From positions 1 to 53,204 of IMG/VR virus record IMGVR_UViG_3300020333_000061: DNA of 53,204 bases; one strand, given 5' to 3'. Both the position numbers and the translations under genes were made by a program. Position 1 is the stretch's first letter; every line of letters begins with the position of its first letter. The DNA comes from a virus (taxonomy: Duplodnaviria > Caudoviricetes). The notes under the pieces are model-generated. The model was given only the letters and a program-made list of their open reading frames with translations, was not told where the DNA came from and ran no database searches. Positions 30,492 through 39,994 of this stretch are shown piece by piece.

Positions 30492-31099
30492 AAGATGAAA
30501 AGTATTGGGGTGAAGCTCCTATTAAAAAAATACCTAGTAAAAAACGAGGTGGTGAAGGCGATTATAAACATATAGCAGTAATTGAAAATAAAATTTATTT
30601 TTATGCAGGAGTAAATCGCGATAGTGCAGTAGAACTTAATAAGAAAATTGGAGAGTTACAATCTAAAAGTTTTACTTTAGCTAATAACTTAGATATTGAA
30701 CCGCCAGGTATGCATTTATATATAAATTCTGGAGGAGGGTCGATTACATCAGGTATTTCATCAATGGATACTATACTGAGATGTAAAGTTCCTGTTTATA
30801 CCTATGTTGATGGTTTTGCTGCAAGTGCTGCAACATTCCTTTCAGTAGTAGGTCATAAAAGATTTATGAGTAGACATTCTTATATGTTGATTCATCAGTT
30901 ATCTACAAATTTTTGGGGTAAATATTCTGAGTTCGAAGATGAGAAACAGAATCTTGATTTGATGATGGAAACTATTAAAAGGGTGTATAAGAAACATACA
31001 AAAGTTCCAATGAGAAAAATAGATGAAATTCTGAAACATGATTTGTTGTGGGATGCTAAAACTTGTTTAAAGTATGGATTAATTGATGAGATAATTTAA
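30488..31099 (+). CDS. ClpP-family serine protease
   Basis: YINSGGG, GFAASAAT, MLIHQ, D.LW.A...L.YGLIDEI. Confidence 0.88.
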   Translation: MKDEKYWGEAPIKKIPSKKRGGEGDYKHIAVIENKIYFYAGVNRDSAVELNKKIGELQSKSFTLANNLDIEPPGMHLYINSGGGSITSGISSMDTILRCKVPVYTYVDGFAASAATFLSVVGHKRFMSRHSYMLIHQLSTNFWGKYSEFEDEKQNLDLMMETIKRVYKKHTKVPMRKIDEILKHDLLWDAKTCLKYGLIDEII

Positions 31100-31749
31100 T
31101 GTTTTATTGTTTCGGAGACAGTTGGGGTGAAGGTGCTGAGTTAAAGGAAGATGAAAAACCATTTGTTCATTGGTTAGCAAAAGATTTAGATAAATCATAT
31201 AAAAATTTTTCATATGGAGGCAATTCATATCCCAAGATAGTATCTCAGATATTTGATAACATTCATAAGATTAATAATAAAGATATTGTATTAATAGTTA
31301 TTCCACCCGATATACGATGGATGGAAATGGAAGGAAATAGTGGATTTAGATCTTGGACAGTCGATGATGATCCAGAACGATATATGTCTTGGTTAGGTAA
31401 TAAAACAAAAGTTTGGTTTAGATACCACTCTAGCCTATTTACATATACTATTCAATCAGCATTAGATAGTATTGGTTGTAAGTATTTATTTATGCATAAT
31501 TATGGTGGTGAATTTATTATAGACCGTAGATTTAAATCTTTAATTAATGTTGATAATTTTTTAAATATTAAAAAGTCTTTGACTACATTATTAGGTGGAA
31601 ATGATTATTATGAATCTTGGAATTTAAAATCAGATGGTCCAACCACGAAAATTAAGGGGAAAAGTATATATTTTGAAGGAAATGATGTACACCCAAATGA
31701 ATTAGGACATAAGAGAATTGCAAAATTAATTAAAGATAAGATAATATAA
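31099..31749 (+). CDS. SGNH/GDSL-like hydrolase or acyltransferase
   Basis: FGDSWGEG, NFSYGGNS, DVHPNELGHKRIA. Confidence 0.75.
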   Translation: MFYCFGDSWGEGAELKEDEKPFVHWLAKDLDKSYKNFSYGGNSYPKIVSQIFDNIHKINNKDIVLIVIPPDIRWMEMEGNSGFRSWTVDDDPERYMSWLGNKTKVWFRYHSSLFTYTIQSALDSIGCKYLFMHNYGGEFIIDRRFKSLINVDNFLNIKKSLTTLLGGNDYYESWNLKSDGPTTKIKGKSIYFEGNDVHPNELGHKRIAKLIKDKII

Positions 31750-32822
31750 TGAAACCTCTTTTATCACAATGTTTAATAGGTCATAGATTTGGAAAGATAA
31801 ATGTAAGTAAGGATTATTTTCTTTGTTGTGGGACTCCAGCAATAGGAAATTATGATGTAGATGGTGGGTTTAAGGAATTTTGGAATTCTAAAAAATATAA
31901 TGATTTAAGAAAAGAGTTAAAATATAATTTAGAAGGACAGAATGAAAAATGGAATGGTGATTGTTTTGAATGTCCACATTATGCACAATTAATGATGTTG
32001 AATGAGAGTGGAGAAGTTATAGATGATTTACCTAGAAAAGGACCAAGTGAATTTCAATTTGAAGTAGGAAATCCATGTAATCATAGATGTGATTTTTGTT
32101 GGGGGTGGTCACATACAATGTTGAGTGAAGAAGGTCAATGGAATGGTTGGAAAGAGTGGGCAAAACAAATACTTGACTTGAAAACTTATGTTTCAATTAT
32201 TAATGATTTGAAAGAACTTGGTGGTTGTGAATTGATATCAATAAGTGGTGGTGGCGAACCATTTATTATACCAGATATTATGAAAATGATTGAACACACT
32301 AAAAAATTAGGTTTTAACCTTAAAATATTTACTAATTTTTCAAGGGTTAATTTTAAAGATATAGATAATTTTATTGAATGGGGGGTGGATAGGTTTGAGG
32401 TTAATATATCAGCAGGAACAGAAGAAACTTATTGTAAGGTAAGAAAATTAAAATCTAAGGATTGGAATTTACTTATTGATAATCTTACTTATTTAAATGA
32501 AAAAAGAAAAGAATTAAATTTATCATCACCCATTAAATATGTAGTTATTGTAACTAAAGAGAATATAGAAGAAATAGATGAAATTTTTGAATTGGCAATT
32601 AAACTTGGTTGTTGTTTTATTGATTTTAGAGATTTAGTTTCACAAGGAGTTTATAAGGGGGAAGATTTATTACCATTAGAAAAACAGGTTGAAGTGTTTA
32701 ATGAAAAGTTTTTTAAGAATATAAATAAACACGATTTTAAGGAAGTTAAAGATGAGTATTATTTTTATTCAGAAAGATTAAATATGGGAGTTTTTAATGA
32801 ATGTATTAGTTATAGGGGATAG
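31749..32822 (+). CDS. Radical SAM enzyme with N-terminal SPASM/twitch-like domain
   Basis: CNHRCDFC and GGGEP core preceded by C..CC..IGN..FKEFWNS..CFEC. Confidence 0.88.
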   Translation: MKPLLSQCLIGHRFGKINVSKDYFLCCGTPAIGNYDVDGGFKEFWNSKKYNDLRKELKYNLEGQNEKWNGDCFECPHYAQLMMLNESGEVIDDLPRKGPSEFQFEVGNPCNHRCDFCWGWSHTMLSEEGQWNGWKEWAKQILDLKTYVSIINDLKELGGCELISISGGGEPFIIPDIMKMIEHTKKLGFNLKIFTNFSRVNFKDIDNFIEWGVDRFEVNISAGTEETYCKVRKLKSKDWNLLIDNLTYLNEKRKELNLSSPIKYVVIVTKENIEEIDEIFELAIKLGCCFIDFRDLVSQGVYKGEDLLPLEKQVEVFNEKFFKNINKHDFKEVKDEYYFYSERLNMGVFNECISYRG

Positions 32823-33591
32823 CTGTGAGGACATTTTTATTTATGGAGATATAGAAAGAATAAGTCCAGAAGCACCAGTACCAGTTTTTAAACCAACACA
32901 TGAAGAAAAAAATGGTGGTATGGCTAGAAATGTTGCGGAAAATGTTGAAGCATTAGATATGCATATTCATACTGTAACAAATAAAAATAGTATTACAAAG
33001 ATACGATATGTAGAGAATCGATCTGGTCAAATGGTATTAAGGGTAGATGTACATGACCATTGTGAGAGAGTTGATGAGAGTTTATTAAAAGGACTTACAA
33101 TAAATAAATTTAAACACCCACCATTTGGATTTGGTTCAAGTACTGAGGATTATTATGATGCAATCATTATTTCAGATTATTGTAAAGGGTTTTTAGAAGA
33201 ATCTGATATTCAACATATTTGTGAAAATAATAAGAATGTATTTATTGATACTAAAAAGAAACTTGGTGAATGGATTAAAGACGCAAATTTTATTAAAATA
33301 AATGAATTAGAATATAAAAAGAACCATGAATTATTATCTGATGACGGATTTAAAGAAAAACTTATTGTTACATTAGGTAGTAAAGGTTGTAGATATAAAG
33401 GAGTGGAATATCCAGTAAAAGAAGTTCCAGTAAAAGATGTTAGTGGAGCAGGAGATACATTCATTGCAGGATTAGTTCGTGGTTATTTAGATACAAATAA
33501 TATAGAAAGTGCAATAGAATTTGCACAAGAGTGTACCACCCATGTAGTACAAAAACACGGAGTAGCAACAGTTAATTTAGAGGAGTTATAA
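32797..33591 (+). CDS. HldE/RfaE kinase domain (PfkB family sugar-phosphate kinase)
   Basis: RISPEAPVP, ISDYCKG, VTLG.KG, DVSGAGDTF. Confidence 0.88.
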   Translation: MNVLVIGDSCEDIFIYGDIERISPEAPVPVFKPTHEEKNGGMARNVAENVEALDMHIHTVTNKNSITKIRYVENRSGQMVLRVDVHDHCERVDESLLKGLTINKFKHPPFGFGSSTEDYYDAIIISDYCKGFLEESDIQHICENNKNVFIDTKKKLGEWIKDANFIKINELEYKKNHELLSDDGFKEKLIVTLGSKGCRYKGVEYPVKEVPVKDVSGAGDTFIAGLVRGYLDTNNIESAIEFAQECTTHVVQKHGVATVNLEEL

Positions 33592-33592
33592 A

Positions 33593-33838
33593 ATGAGTAC
33601 AAAACCAATGAAACCATTAGCCAAACCACAAAAACAAGTAGATTTGTCAAAAGCAGATACTTTGAAGTGTGATGAATGTGGTAATTATCTTTTTATTAAT
33701 TCATATGTAATAAAGAAGGTTTCTGCAATAATATCACCGACTGGTCAGGAAGTAATAGCGCCAGTTCAAGTGTATAGTTGTGGAAATTGTGGAGTGGTTC
33801 CAAAATTATTTACTGAGGGTACTGGGTTAGATTTTTGA
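33593..33838 (+). CDS. Small zinc-ribbon protein
   Basis: CDECG..CGNCG; SD AGGAG upstream. Confidence 0.75.
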   Translation: MSTKPMKPLAKPQKQVDLSKADTLKCDECGNYLFINSYVIKKVSAIISPTGQEVIAPVQVYSCGNCGVVPKLFTEGTGLDF

Positions 33839-34389
33839 AAATATTAGCTTGTTTATCTGGAGGAGTTGAAAGTACTTATGGTGTATATAATTTATTACAG
33901 AATACAGACCATGAAATAGATATATTTCATTTGTATTTTAGAAATCATCCACGATATGAAGGTGAAACTGAAGCGTGTGAACACATTGTAAATTGGTTAG
34001 AAAGTAATACAAGAAAATTTGATTGGAAATCTGCTGACCTAAGTCATAGTGGCGTTGATGAAATTACACAACCACCACATTCATCAGATATATGTTATAC
34101 GATAGTAACTTCTGCGAATATTTCTATTGATGAAAAAGACTATGATGAGGTTAGATTCTTTATAAATAAAAAAGAGTGGGATTCCGCGATAGAAGATAGT
34201 ATTCCTACATTTGATCATCCATTTATGGTAAATTTATTTAATCTAATATTAAGTAGATTTCCTACAATTGATACTAAATTAGGTTTTGATAGAAATGTTG
34301 GTACGTTAAATAAAAAAGAAATATACGAAAAAATACCTGAGGAATTACGAAAATTTATTCATAGTAATGATAAGGAATATAATGTATAA
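33835..34389 (+). CDS. PP-loop (QueC-like) adenine nucleotide alpha hydrolase (TTG start)
   Basis: N-terminal LSGGVEST. Confidence 0.6.
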   Translation: MKILACLSGGVESTYGVYNLLQNTDHEIDIFHLYFRNHPRYEGETEACEHIVNWLESNTRKFDWKSADLSHSGVDEITQPPHSSDICYTIVTSANISIDEKDYDEVRFFINKKEWDSAIEDSIPTFDHPFMVNLFNLILSRFPTIDTKLGFDRNVGTLNKKEIYEKIPEELRKFIHSNDKEYNV

Positions 34390-35797
34390 ACGAGTAGGTA
34401 ATGGACTTTTTGTTTTAGGTGGGAAGTATATTGATTTGTATAATGAAATTCAAATTAAAACTAAAAAGTTTGTAGAGGAAATTTTTGATGGAGAAGAATT
34501 ATGGACACCTTCTATATTATCTCTAGATAATACAGAAAAAAGTAATTATTTAGATTCTTTTTCTAATCAGGCTCAAATGATTCATAGACATTTAGATGGT
34601 TCTGATATAGGAATGAATTCACCAACTGTATGTTATAATTTATACGCATTATATGCAGATGATGTAGTCGATGGAAATAAAACTTATGTGATGACTGGTA
34701 AATGTAATAGGTTTGAAGAAGGCGAATTACATGATTTGACGAGGTTAATACAATTTACTGGTCAAGAGATTGTACATATAGGTAGTTATGATTATGTAGA
34801 GGATTGTTTTGTAAAATCGGTGAATTATGTAAAAAAAATATTTGATTATTTAGAATTAGATTATAAATTCGAAGTCGCGAATGATCCTTTTTTTGGTGCA
34901 AAATCTGAAGTTAAAAAACGAGCTCAACGAGTCAATGGGTCTAAAATAGAATATAAGTTATATTTTCCAAATGAAGATAAATATCTCCCAGTAGGATCAT
35001 TTAATTTTGTAGGTAATGCTTTTCATGATAGATTTAATATAAAAAATACTCAAACAGAGGATGTTGCTTCTGGTTGTTGGGGGTGGGGATTAGAAAGATT
35101 TATTTATGCATTGATAAGTCAAAAAGGAGAAAATGTTATTTTTAATTATCCTATTACGTTAGATGAAGATAAAAAACATGGATATAAGAATGTTATAGAG
35201 AATGAAGAAGGTTGGTACAGACTAGGTAAAGAAAACTGGTGGTTCGCTAAAAATAATATGGAAAACTATAAAGATATAGATGTAGATTTTAAAGATATCA
35301 AATTTGAAGTTATTACTGATTTAGATTCTTTAGATAGACGTAAAGTTGAAATTATATTGGGATTGAAGGAATGTAATAAAGATATAGGTTGGAAGTATAA
35401 TTGGACATGGAAAGATGCGGAGAATAGAATAAAAGATGGACATATTTTAAAAGCAGCATTTCATAATGGAATGGCAATTCATTGGGATTGGTATTTTACT
35501 AATAGTTTTATAATAAAAGATCACGATTCTTGGAGTGCCGTAGTTAATAAGTTACCTAAAGATTATCATTATTCAGCACATTGGTATTGTCATCCAAAAT
35601 ATAGAAGTAATAGAAAATATCCTACATTTATAAAAGATTTTATTTCAGCTTCATATAATTGGAGTTATAATAATGGTTACACTACTGATGTAAATTATCA
35701 AGATGGTTGGAATTGGAAATCTTTAAAGATTGTGAAAAAGATGGGACACGTTGGTTCTAATTGGATAGAAGAATTTGGTGAAATAAATGAATTATGA
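34382..35797 (+). CDS. Atypical SerRS-like class II ligase (amino acid:[carrier protein] ligase type) fused to a GNAT-like domain
   Basis: SPTVCY, CNRFEE..RL.QF..QEIV.IG, ANDPFFG, K.E, SFN, SGC.G.GLER; no tRNA-binding domain; C-terminal HPKYR..N.KSLKIVKKMG. Confidence 0.78.
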   Translation: MYKRVGNGLFVLGGKYIDLYNEIQIKTKKFVEEIFDGEELWTPSILSLDNTEKSNYLDSFSNQAQMIHRHLDGSDIGMNSPTVCYNLYALYADDVVDGNKTYVMTGKCNRFEEGELHDLTRLIQFTGQEIVHIGSYDYVEDCFVKSVNYVKKIFDYLELDYKFEVANDPFFGAKSEVKKRAQRVNGSKIEYKLYFPNEDKYLPVGSFNFVGNAFHDRFNIKNTQTEDVASGCWGWGLERFIYALISQKGENVIFNYPITLDEDKKHGYKNVIENEEGWYRLGKENWWFAKNNMENYKDIDVDFKDIKFEVITDLDSLDRRKVEIILGLKECNKDIGWKYNWTWKDAENRIKDGHILKAAFHNGMAIHWDWYFTNSFIIKDHDSWSAVVNKLPKDYHYSAHWYCHPKYRSNRKYPTFIKDFISASYNWSYNNGYTTDVNYQDGWNWKSLKIVKKMGHVGSNWIEEFGEINEL

Positions 35798-36461
35798 AAA
35801 TATCGTTTTATCGAATCTTAATATTTATCTTGACAATTATGAAAATGTATTTGGACATTCACACAGACCACTTGATTTAAATACAGAAAGATATAAAAAA
35901 AATATAGCATTTTTTGGATGTTCTCTCACATATGGTGAAGGAGTAAAAAATGAAGATACTTATCCTTCACAAATCCAAAAACTATCTAATGATGAATTCA
36001 ATTGTTTGAATTTTGGAGTTCCAGGTGGGAGTATAGATTTAGCTTATGTCATTTACAATAAAGTTATAAAGAAACTTGATATAGATTGTGTAGTTATTCA
36101 ATGGCCAAATTTTGACAGAAGAATGTATTTTAATGAAGGTGAATATGTTGGATATTATCCAAATGATGGAAAGGATATAACAAAACCTTTTAGTAAAATT
36201 GCTGATTGGGATTATGTTATTAGTAGAAATTTATCTAATTTACAAGTGATAAATTCATTTAAAAAAGTTTATAATTTATCACCGAAGATTGGACACGAAC
36301 AAAGAGAGTTATTTGAATTATATAATATTGATAATATTTTAAAGTTTCCATTCTATTTAGATACTGAAAATAAATACAGACTTAAAGACGGCCATCCAAA
36401 TGAATTATGGTATGATAATTATTCGAAATATTTGTATAAGGAATTAATAAGAGATGAATGA
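35787..36461 (+). CDS. SGNH-like protein
   Basis: FFGCSLTYGEG, NFGVPGGS, DGHP. Confidence 0.72.
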   Translation: MNYENIVLSNLNIYLDNYENVFGHSHRPLDLNTERYKKNIAFFGCSLTYGEGVKNEDTYPSQIQKLSNDEFNCLNFGVPGGSIDLAYVIYNKVIKKLDIDCVVIQWPNFDRRMYFNEGEYVGYYPNDGKDITKPFSKIADWDYVISRNLSNLQVINSFKKVYNLSPKIGHEQRELFELYNIDNILKFPFYLDTENKYRLKDGHPNELWYDNYSKYLYKELIRDE

Positions 36462-37089
36462 CAATGTTATAGCGTTTGGTTGTTCATTTACTTTCGGTGA
36501 TGAATTAGATGATTTACCAAATTGGTATGAAGATATGGAAGATGAGAGAAATTTTATGCCACTTAAATTAAAATATCATAAACCATCTAAAAAAAGTTAT
36601 CCATATATTCTTGGGAATTTATTAAGTTGTAAAGTTGAAAATTATGGTTGGAGAGGTGGTAGTAACGATAGAATCTTCAGAACATTTTTTGATCATATTT
36701 TGAACAATAAAAAGAAAAGTATTTATGTAATTCAATGGACATTTTCACATAGAACCGAAATTTGGTCTAACAAAGGTGGATTCTATAGTGGAATAACACT
36801 TAATTTGATTGAAGAAGATAAAAATGCTAAAGAGTATTATGAAGAATATTATGATGAAAATGATGTTAAACGTAGATTAGTGAGATATATGTGGTCGGTA
36901 GATGCTATATGTAAAGAATTTAATCAAAAGTTGTATCAATTTCATCCAATTGCAGATGAACAAATAGAAAATGAATTACCAAAGTCAGTTTTAGATACAA
37001 AGAAAATTTTAGAATTAGTAGATGGAAAAATACATCCTACTGAGCAAGGACATAAAAATTTAGCAAAATATATAAGAAGTTTAATATGA
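36454..37089 (+). CDS. SGNH-like protein
   Basis: FGCSFTFG, NYGWRGGSNDRI, HPTEQGH. Confidence 0.72.
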   Translation: MNDNVIAFGCSFTFGDELDDLPNWYEDMEDERNFMPLKLKYHKPSKKSYPYILGNLLSCKVENYGWRGGSNDRIFRTFFDHILNNKKKSIYVIQWTFSHRTEIWSNKGGFYSGITLNLIEEDKNAKEYYEEYYDENDVKRRLVRYMWSVDAICKEFNQKLYQFHPIADEQIENELPKSVLDTKKILELVDGKIHPTEQGHKNLAKYIRSLI

Positions 37090-37808
37090 ATTATAGAATT
37101 TCAGATTATCCATCTAATACGATTTGTAAATGGACAACTGCCGATTCTTTGGAGTTATTTGAGAAAAATACTATTAAGTATGGTAATGATAATAAATCAA
37201 TAAGACATTATAAAGAAAATCCAATAAAATATAGTTTTAACAATTATGGATTCAGGACACCAGATGATTTTAATGAAGTAGATGAAGGTAATGTTTTTCT
37301 TGGGGATAGTAATACAATGGGTACTGGACATCATTTAGAAAATACCTGGTCATATAAAATAAATCAAGATGTAGGTGGAAAGTTTTGGAATCTTAGTCAA
37401 GGTGGACATGGCATACAGACTGATTATAGATTATTATATGGATGGAAAGATCATTTAAAGATAAAAAATATATTTCATTTTACTATTAATCACTCTAGAT
37501 TTGAGTTTTTTAACAAAAGTGAATTACTTCAAATGAATAATTGGAGTGAGTTCAAACATAAAGATTTTTATTTAGATTTTCTTTGTGATGAAGGATATTG
37601 TGAATTTATAGAGGAAACTTATATTAATGCTATTAAAGGATTGTCAAAGGAAATTGGATGTAATTATTATTATGTAAAATTAGCGGAATCATTTTATGAC
37701 TATGATAAATCTACAGATGATTCATTGGAGGCACGAGATTTATCACACATGACGGTTAAATATCAAAATTGTATTTATGAAAAGTTTAAGGAGTTAAATG
37801 TTAAATAA
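37086..37808 (+). CDS. SGNH-like protein
   Basis: FNNYGFR, FLGDSNTMG, NLSQGG, ARDLSH. Confidence 0.68.
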   Translation: MNYRISDYPSNTICKWTTADSLELFEKNTIKYGNDNKSIRHYKENPIKYSFNNYGFRTPDDFNEVDEGNVFLGDSNTMGTGHHLENTWSYKINQDVGGKFWNLSQGGHGIQTDYRLLYGWKDHLKIKNIFHFTINHSRFEFFNKSELLQMNNWSEFKHKDFYLDFLCDEGYCEFIEETYINAIKGLSKEIGCNYYYVKLAESFYDYDKSTDDSLEARDLSHMTVKYQNCIYEKFKELNVK

Positions 37809-38334
37809 TTTATTAATTGTTGCACATCCAGATGATGAGACAATTTTTGCAGGAAATTCATTATTGACTTATGGATTTATTCATAAAGTTATTTGTGTCA
37901 CTAATGGAGATAATACAGTTAGAAGGTCTGAGTTTGAAAGTGTAATGAAAAGAGTAAAGGTAGATTATGAAATATGGAATTTTCATGATGAATGGAAAGT
38001 GGATTTAGATACAGAAGGTATTAGAAAGAAGTTACATAAAACATTAAGAGAGGAAAATTGGAATATGGTTTTAACTCATAATGAAGTTGGTGATAATAAT
38101 TATGAACATCCACATCATAGACAAGTTTTTGAGTGTGTAGAGAAAGAAATTCCAGATTTGGATAACTTATATTGTTTTGATAATCACGGAAAAGGTTTAA
38201 GTTTGGATGAGGTTAAACAAAAATTAAAATTGTTAAATTATTATAAAAGTCAAATGAAAGAACTTGGGATAATATATTTACCTATGTTAGAAGGTTATTT
38301 CTATAATGAATCTTTTATAAAGTATCAAAAGTAA
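37798..38334 (+). CDS. PIG-L/LmbE family N-deacetylase
   Basis: VAHPDDE, VTNG, R..E, HPHH, YKSQ. Confidence 0.88.
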   Translation: MLNNLLIVAHPDDETIFAGNSLLTYGFIHKVICVTNGDNTVRRSEFESVMKRVKVDYEIWNFHDEWKVDLDTEGIRKKLHKTLREENWNMVLTHNEVGDNNYEHPHHRQVFECVEKEIPDLDNLYCFDNHGKGLSLDEVKQKLKLLNYYKSQMKELGIIYLPMLEGYFYNESFIKYQK

Positions 38335-38372
38335 TGATATTTATTAATATATAGCGACCATTACTTGGAGAA
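38329..38372 (+). promoter_or_regulatory. Putative promoter motif inside an 8-bp inverted repeat, followed by SD
   Basis: AAGTAATG (38329-38336)..GATATTTATT..CATTACTT (38359-38366), then GGAG. Confidence 0.45.
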
Positions 38373-38378
38373 TTAAAT

Positions 38379-39977
38379 ATGAAAAGTACAGTAGTTAGTT
38401 TTGATTGGATCGCGTCAAGTGGATCACTAAAATTAACAGAAATAAATACAGATGTAAGTTTGGGTGGATATAGCCGTCCAGAATATGGAGTAGATTTTGA
38501 CGCTCTGGCACAGTATTGCTCAGATCAAAGTTTAACAGAAGTTAAAGTACATCACTCCGATCAAGCATATTATACAATAGATTGGATTTCTAATAGTATA
38601 ACATCTATATCAAATGAAGTCTTTGCAAAACTTTCATCAAGTCTTGCTACGCACGATATTTCTGCTTCAATATACCTAGATGAAAATAATTATGAGGATG
38701 GGTTAGATGAAATAGATAGTGGTACTACATTGGATTTGAGAGTAACTAGTTGTATAAATAGTAAATTAGATTATCATGCAGTTGATAAAGAAAATTTCGT
38801 AGATTTTGCAAATGGTATTGGTAGTGGAAGTTTACTGTCAGAAGTAGGATCATCTCAAATTACATCTAATAATGCTACAGGAGTTCCAGATTTTGTTTGG
38901 AAAGTACCCACTATGGATAGTGGAACTGGTTTATCATTTTATGAGTCTAGTGATAATAATAGTACTATATCCTCGTCAAAAGAGGGCGTAGCATTTGTTG
39001 AAAAATATTATCCACCTGATAATGATAAATGGGGATATTTTGCAGGAGATATTAGTTATAAAGTAGTATTGACGGAAGATGGTACCGTGATTCCAATTAG
39101 TAGTCATAGAAGTGAAGGTGAGAGAGTAGTTTCATTTAGTAGAGTATCAGAAGAAGATTACTCTAATAAAGATTTGGTATTACGGCCTAAATTAATACTT
39201 GCTGGTGTTTGTGGTGAGAGTACAGATATAACATTGGTAGATGGTAGTACAAAAACACCATTACAAATACATTCATCAAGTATTTCTGATAATTCAGATA
39301 GTGTTAAAACTGTACAAATTGATGATTTAAATTTGGATTCGTTTGAATATAATACACCAAGTACTAGACAAGGATCTTATACATTATATACAGGTAGTTT
39401 TAATTTTACAACTGGAAGTAACCACTTTATGTTTATTCCAAAATATAGTGAAAATTGTGTAACTATTGATAGTACTGTTTTTGATGGAGAAACATTAATA
39501 CCAGTTGAGATGCTTTCAGATAGTGGAAGTACTTGGCAAATAAAGAAGGCATCTGATGTAGTTGTAGGTGATAAATATTTAAGTTCAAGTATGGATAAGG
39601 GAACTGTAGGTAGTGTGGGTGATGCATCAAATCAAGTATTAGTACATCCATCAAGTACAAATCCTAAAAGTGATAATAGTGATATGTATTTTCAACGTAG
39701 TATGTTTTGTGGTGATATATTGACTTTAGCAGAAAATAAATTTTATACCATAAGTGAACCACACATTGGAGATAAGTTTGCCACTACAAGTGCTTCAAAC
39801 GCTGAGAAAAATTCTTATGTTTCTACTTCAAATCAACAATGGGCATTATTGAATCATAATAGTGTAAGTGGAACTACATATAATTGGTCTAATTATAGTA
39901 CCAACGTAGCACAGTATACTGAGAATATATTAACTCAAATGGTAGCATCATTCAGTTCTTCTTTGTGGGAGTATTAA
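38379..39977 (+). CDS. Circularly permuted ATP-grasp-like domain + Hint-like domain + 38-aa C-terminal peptide
   Basis: N-terminal SFDW..LKLTEINTD; later FVWK..SGTGL..FVEKY; Hint-like VCGESTDITLVDGSTK, WQIKKASDVVVGD, FYTISE..DKF, LLNHN-S. Confidence 0.6.
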   Translation: MKSTVVSFDWIASSGSLKLTEINTDVSLGGYSRPEYGVDFDALAQYCSDQSLTEVKVHHSDQAYYTIDWISNSITSISNEVFAKLSSSLATHDISASIYLDENNYEDGLDEIDSGTTLDLRVTSCINSKLDYHAVDKENFVDFANGIGSGSLLSEVGSSQITSNNATGVPDFVWKVPTMDSGTGLSFYESSDNNSTISSSKEGVAFVEKYYPPDNDKWGYFAGDISYKVVLTEDGTVIPISSHRSEGERVVSFSRVSEEDYSNKDLVLRPKLILAGVCGESTDITLVDGSTKTPLQIHSSSISDNSDSVKTVQIDDLNLDSFEYNTPSTRQGSYTLYTGSFNFTTGSNHFMFIPKYSENCVTIDSTVFDGETLIPVEMLSDSGSTWQIKKASDVVVGDKYLSSSMDKGTVGSVGDASNQVLVHPSSTNPKSDNSDMYFQRSMFCGDILTLAENKFYTISEPHIGDKFATTSASNAEKNSYVSTSNQQWALLNHNSVSGTTYNWSNYSTNVAQYTENILTQMVASFSSSLWEY

Positions 39978-39994
39978 ATAAAAAAAGGTTGTAA

